A stretch of 63,249 nt of DNA, the filler included, from Globobulimina sp. (taxonomy: Eukaryota): the NCBI GenBank assembly GCA_003354225.1. It is 28 parts of 28 records of this genome, joined end to end, with 100 filler letters (N's around TTAATTAATTAA, not from the genome) between each part and the next. Parts side by side here need not be neighbours in the genome. Positions count along the whole stretch, not along the records: positions 58,828 to 60,988 come from PIVH01008536.1; positions 61,089 to 63,249 come from PIVH01008537.1; 26 more parts are not named here. One strand, given 5' to 3'. Shown in pieces: positions 58,829 through 63,249 of this stretch. The notes under the pieces were generated by a model, which searched no databases, was not told the origin of the DNA, and worked only from the letters and a program-made list of their open reading frames with translations. Within the stretch, counting starts at the first letter, position 1. Each line of letters begins with the position of its first letter. Both the position numbers and the translations under genes were made by a program.

Positions 58829-60961
58829 GGCACGGAATCTTTTCACCGCTTTATAAGTAAATGTGTATTCGAAGCCGACACTAATACGGATGTCAAATAT
58901 TTTAACGAGAAAATCATCCAAAAACTAGGGCGCAGCCGCTTCACCAAAGCGCAACCAACGCCTTTTCTCAATAACAAAGACTATGTCATATCGCACGAGT
59001 TTGCCTGTCCCAGTCCGTATATCTCCGATTTGGAAGCAGATAAAAAGTATATATACCCAGAATGGCCGAAATTGGATCCAAATTTGTATTGCAAAGCCAG
59101 GCGAAAATATAAACACATAAATAAAGCCAGCAAATCAAGCAAAGATATCACAAGCAATTACATGCTGCATTCCATCAACGATGAGGAGAACAGCATCACT
59201 TTCGAACCCAGCAAGTCGCAGACTATCACCTCCACCATCTTCAAATCACCGCCACCTAACAATGCTAACAACAATAATAACACCATTACGCCCGCGGACC
59301 GCCACAACAATGATTATAATATCATACGTGAAGAGGATGAAAATGCACACGGCGATAATGACGAAGACCGGGATATCATTGTATTGCAATTAGGTGACAA
59401 AGAAAGAGCAGATAGCAATCCATTCAGCCATGACAGGGTGACCTATCATTTGTGGTTTTATATATTTATACGAACCCTGCATAGAGATGGCGACGATGAC
59501 AATTCGCAGCAGAGAGCCTTGCATTTAATGATGAAGATAATGGCGCAAATGAAGAATGAGAGCGTGGGGTTGCCGGACAAATGGGTGTTCCGCGAGATTA
59601 TTGAAGCTATGGACCGGATGAAATGGGGGCATCATGTCATCAAATTGGTGGAAGTGATGCATGAATTGCAATATAATTTGGACGCGACTATATATTCCTC
59701 GTTGTTGGCAGTATTGACCAAACAATATGGCGCCTTAGAGACTGCGTATAATATATTGGGTAATTTGCCCACCTCTGCCGACGCGCAGGTGCCTGACACG
59801 CAGGTACGGGATCGGAATAATTCTTTGCTTACTAATTGCAGTGTTAAGCCCGAGAGTAAACGGAAAAAGTATTATGAAACCATCAAAGAGCTGAAAAATA
59901 GATTTAGTGCAACGTTCCCTGAGCGACGTATTGTTATCAAACAAGAGTGTCCGCACTGTGAGGAGGCCATTCACGACGTACATATTCGAATGGGGTGGCG
60001 GAATAATGATAAATCTCTGGATACGCAATGTCCGAAATGTAATAAACGATTTGATGCTAAGTTTTTAATTAAAGAATCGGAGCAATATAAAGTGTGGTTT
60101 CATGATGTTAACTCGTTGAAATGTTTGCAATTCTTTAAGATGAGAGGCGATGTTGGTACCTATGTGCAAGATATTAATTTTGAGGGCATCGGCAATTATA
60201 CGAGAAACAAAGAGATTGAGGATGCTATTATTAATATGATATGTGTTGGTGATCAGATTGTGGATATAAATGGATTGGATGTGACGGATAAGTCATTGTT
60301 GAATATTTATCAAATCATGAAAGATCCGCCACGTACAAATAATAGCAATTTAATGCAAATACCGGATATTGAAGAAAGTTTATCGAGTCAGAACTCAAAA
60401 TCGCATGATATTGAAGCAAAGCGTAATAATAATAATGAGGAAGTAGCGAGAAAACAACATAGTAAATTAAAAAAACAATCGACCAAATCAAAACTGATGA
60501 AATTGATGAAATTAAATGATAAATCGGATCGATCGCGAGGATATGACCCGATTTGTGTGACCTTTCGGAGAGTTGTGTTGTGTCCGTATTTCAGTCCATT
60601 GATATTGTATCGCGAAATTAAGAAAGTGATCCAAAATCATGCATTATCGTCAATGGAGAGGGTGGTGGCGATGATGGATGTGGCTGAGGATGAGAATGAA
60701 AACAATAGTTATCGAAAGAATAAAAATAAGAAAGATATCAAAAAATTATTACAACAGAGTGGAATATCAGCAATATCATCAATTGATTTTCGGCTGAAAC
60801 ATTGTAAATTATTTTGGAACTTAGCGTGGCATTTTAGTAATTTGAGATTGCCATTGCATTTCTTGCAAACTGCTTTTGATGATAAAAATGAAATGAATAC
60901 GCCGCAAATTGATGAGTTGATTGATTTTGTGCCATTACAGCAAAATAAATACGTTGATTGA
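58829..60961 (+). CDS. DENND4-like Rab GEF C-terminal part (dDENN, PPR-like, Zn motif) with PDZ-like insert; 5'-partial
   Basis: TESFHRFI...YFNEKI (dDENN); PPR-like LPDKWVFR/LDATIYSSLL; CPHC...IRMGW...TQCPKC; PYFSPLIL; FWNLAWHF..LRLP; VGDQIVDING. Confidence 0.75.
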   Translation, partial: GTESFHRFISKCVFEADTNTDVKYFNEKIIQKLGRSRFTKAQPTPFLNNKDYVISHEFACPSPYISDLEADKKYIYPEWPKLDPNLYCKARRKYKHINKASKSSKDITSNYMLHSINDEENSITFEPSKSQTITSTIFKSPPPNNANNNNNTITPADRHNNDYNIIREEDENAHGDNDEDRDIIVLQLGDKERADSNPFSHDRVTYHLWFYIFIRTLHRDGDDDNSQQRALHLMMKIMAQMKNESVGLPDKWVFREIIEAMDRMKWGHHVIKLVEVMHELQYNLDATIYSSLLAVLTKQYGALETAYNILGNLPTSADAQVPDTQVRDRNNSLLTNCSVKPESKRKKYYETIKELKNRFSATFPERRIVIKQECPHCEEAIHDVHIRMGWRNNDKSLDTQCPKCNKRFDAKFLIKESEQYKVWFHDVNSLKCLQFFKMRGDVGTYVQDINFEGIGNYTRNKEIEDAIINMICVGDQIVDINGLDVTDKSLLNIYQIMKDPPRTNNSNLMQIPDIEESLSSQNSKSHDIEAKRNNNNEEVARKQHSKLKKQSTKSKLMKLMKLNDKSDRSRGYDPICVTFRRVVLCPYFSPLILYREIKKVIQNHALSSMERVVAMMDVAEDENENNSYRKNKNKKDIKKLLQQSGISAISSIDFRLKHCKLFWNLAWHFSNLRLPLHFLQTAFDDKNEMNTPQIDELIDFVPLQQNKYVD

Positions 60962-61088
60962 TTTTGTGACAATACATAAATCAAATTCNNNNNNNNNNNN
61001 NNNNNNNNNNNNNNNNNNNNNNNNNNNNNNNNTTAATTAATTAANNNNNNNNNNNNNNNNNNNNNNNNNNNNNNNNNNNNNNNNNNNN

Positions 61089-62166
61089 TTTGATGAAATT
61101 TGCGTTTTCTAGACTTATTTGTGTTACTTTTAGTAGAAAAAAACGACATTAAGTTGGTCTGTTTCCCAGAAAATTCAGGCACAAATCTACTGGCTAATTT
61201 CGGTATTGTTATGTCATTATTTTCATCCTTGGCAAAGCCAATAATTTCGCACAAAATTGGACAATGATCACTGCCCTTTACTGACTGCATTACTTTTGCA
61301 TCTGTGATTTTTATGTCGTTGTTAATCATCTCATTGTTGGCAAGAATATAATCGATCCTCGTGCCGTAATTTGAGGACCTCGCAAATGTATAGGTGTCCC
61401 AACAGGTATATGGCATTTTGGATAATTTAGTAAAATCGGGATGGATATATTGAAACGTATCGATCATATTTAATCCCTGCGTATCTTTTACTAAATACAT
61501 GAACCATTCCGTCGATTTCCGTTGATAGAATTCCTGCGCTTCGATCTTTTTATCACACACATCGATCAATTGATATTTTGCATTCATATCACCCAACAAT
61601 ATGACATTTTGCTTCTTGGATTTAATAAAATATTCAATCACAATTCTAATGCATTGATGGTAGTCAGTTTTGAATAAAACTCGATTCTCAGACATTCCAT
61701 TTGGAAAATAAATGTTAAATAGCAAAAAGTCGCTATGTTGGGTTATCAAACACCGACCTTCGTTGTCCAACTGTTTTAGGCGTTGTTCACTGAAATGTTG
61801 TTTTAATTTATGTAATAACTCATCGGTTGTGATTAACGACGATGGATTATTACTTTTTAGGATTCCCGTAAAACCGTCCTGTGCTTTAATTGGTGTTAAA
61901 GAGGTCTCTGATTCGCGAATATGTGTAGAGACGCCAGAATATCCAGACTTAGTATTGCAAAACGAATAAAATGTAATATATCCGTTGACTGTGCTTAAAT
62001 TTGTGGACAACTGATCGCGGCTTATTTTGGTTTCTTGGAAGCAGATTATATCTGATTCGAAGAATTCAAGCATTGCATGCAATCGCTCATGTTCTTTGGC
62101 ATGGCACCACGGTGAATAACCAATGACCGAACGCAAACCGTTGACATTCCAAGACACAATCTTCAT
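61089..62166 (-). CDS. APEX2: AP endonuclease 2 (ExoIII family, Apn2/APE2), 3'-partial
   Basis: SWNVNGLR, CFQETK, GYSGV, EGR, GDMN, RIDYIL, GSDHCP; PIP box KQTNLMSFF. Confidence 0.9.
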
Positions 62167-62224
62167 TTTTGGTGATGTTTTTTAAGTAAAGTAAAAAAAA
62201 AAACTTTTTGTTTGTGTTTTCAAG

Positions 62225-63249
62225 GAAAATATTCGATATCGAAGGAAATTTGCAGCGAGGTTTTTATTGGGTGGCTGGAATATTTCCCGTAATTTGAATA
62301 TTATTCGACAACAATTAAAGTTAATTTTTACGCAGTTAGATAAAGAAAATGAGGAAGCAACACAACGGTTATTAATTCATGATGAATTATCTGGATTATT
62401 CCCACAAAAAGATGATAACAAAAAATCCAGACTTGCTTCTAAAGTCACAATGCATCGTAGATTACTACCAAAAGATGCAAATGAATCCGAATTATGGATT
62501 GATGAAATCAGCGCCATCAATGAAAATATCCCTCAACATTATCATTATGAATGTGGTTCAATTGGATTAAAAACACCATCCCAACTCTCCTATTTTGCTA
62601 AATTTACAACCTATTGTTTAAAAGCAGCAAATGATTTAAAAAAGGGGAAAAATGATAAAAAACGAAGAAAAGACACAGAGTATGAACATTATTATAACAA
62701 TTTCTTAGTTTCCTGGATACGAACACCAAAATGGTACACAATCTCGCATGATATAATTTTGCTGCGATTAGCGTTATTATACAATTTGAATGAAAAGCAA
62801 TATGTCTCCGAATTGAATGGTGACAATTCCTTGGATTATCAACAATTATTAACCTCCTCTGCTTATTATGATAATGATAAACCATTCCATGAATTCAGTG
62901 CTTGGTGCGAGCGATGGGAAAATATATTCCATCGTTTGCGATATTTAACCCATTGTATTGCATTAATATTATCACAATGTTCGCCCTCCATAATCAATAA
63001 ACGTATTCCTCAAGAAACAGACCGTCCATTTACATTAGATACAAAATTGAATAGTATTGTTTTTTTAGATTCCATTATGTACGAAACCCATTTAAAATAT
63101 TGCAAAGATGAAAAAGATTCAATTTCACGCAATCGAGATAGTGATTTTAGTGATTATCAATACAGCGTATTACCGGTTGCACGGAGGAGAGATCCCTTTA
63201 TTGTTCGGAATCTTTTATTTGAATTTAAAGAAGTTTTATATGCTTTTGA
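62225..63249 (+). CDS. Hypothetical protein, open to window end (absent from ORF track)
   Basis: Manual translation ENIRYRRKFAARF...PKWYTISHDIILLRLAL...FKEVLYAF with no stop over about 340 codons; start unclear. Confidence 0.6.

Noticed and set aside
2165-61088. Regularly spaced TTAATTAATTAA repeats resembling an array
   Set aside because: Embedded in fixed N44 pads between length-sorted contigs; an artificial linker, not CRISPR or biology
1-63249. Gene neighbourhoods or operons spanning several contigs (e.g. a redox cluster or two linked MATE genes)
   Set aside because: Adjacency across linkers reflects length sorting only

Overview
This window is not one locus. It is 28 unrelated short contigs (2164 down to 2161 bp, sorted by length) joined by an artificial 100-nt linker (N44-TTAATTAATTAA-N44), so no synteny can be read across linkers and ORFs running into X-runs are artefacts. 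Most contigs are AT-rich, gene-dense eukaryotic DNA with short (about 50-130 nt) GT-AG introns. The gene-family motifs look like those of foraminifera/Rhizaria (my inference). A few contigs or fragments differ: a bacterial-type neuB/pseI piece, a nematode-like F-box contig, an intron-rich Polinton-type DNA polymerase and an intronless SF1-helicase ORF. Several contigs show abrupt chimeric junctions suggestive of whole-genome amplification. Recognisable genes include a 7TM protein, SAM methyltransferase, MACPF fragment, LpqP-like esterase, SDHAF3, two MATE transporters, PH and C2H2 proteins, leishmanolysin, CAP-Gly, ABCC, PPPDE-PUL, DENND4-like and APEX2. Most interesting: (1) a protein-primed PolB gene with 13 spliceosomal introns that splices to an intact frame; (2) a tRNA-like Pol III head followed by a hairpin array, with no T4 run for about 580 nt (candidate long ncRNA); (3) an in-frame GST-Cu/Zn SOD fusion; (4) a CDPK fused to an ADP-ribosyltransferase-like domain; (5) a DOMON-b561-b5-reductase single-chain electron conduit; (6) a circularly permuted contig and several MITE-like elements. 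All domain calls are by motif recognition, without database searches.
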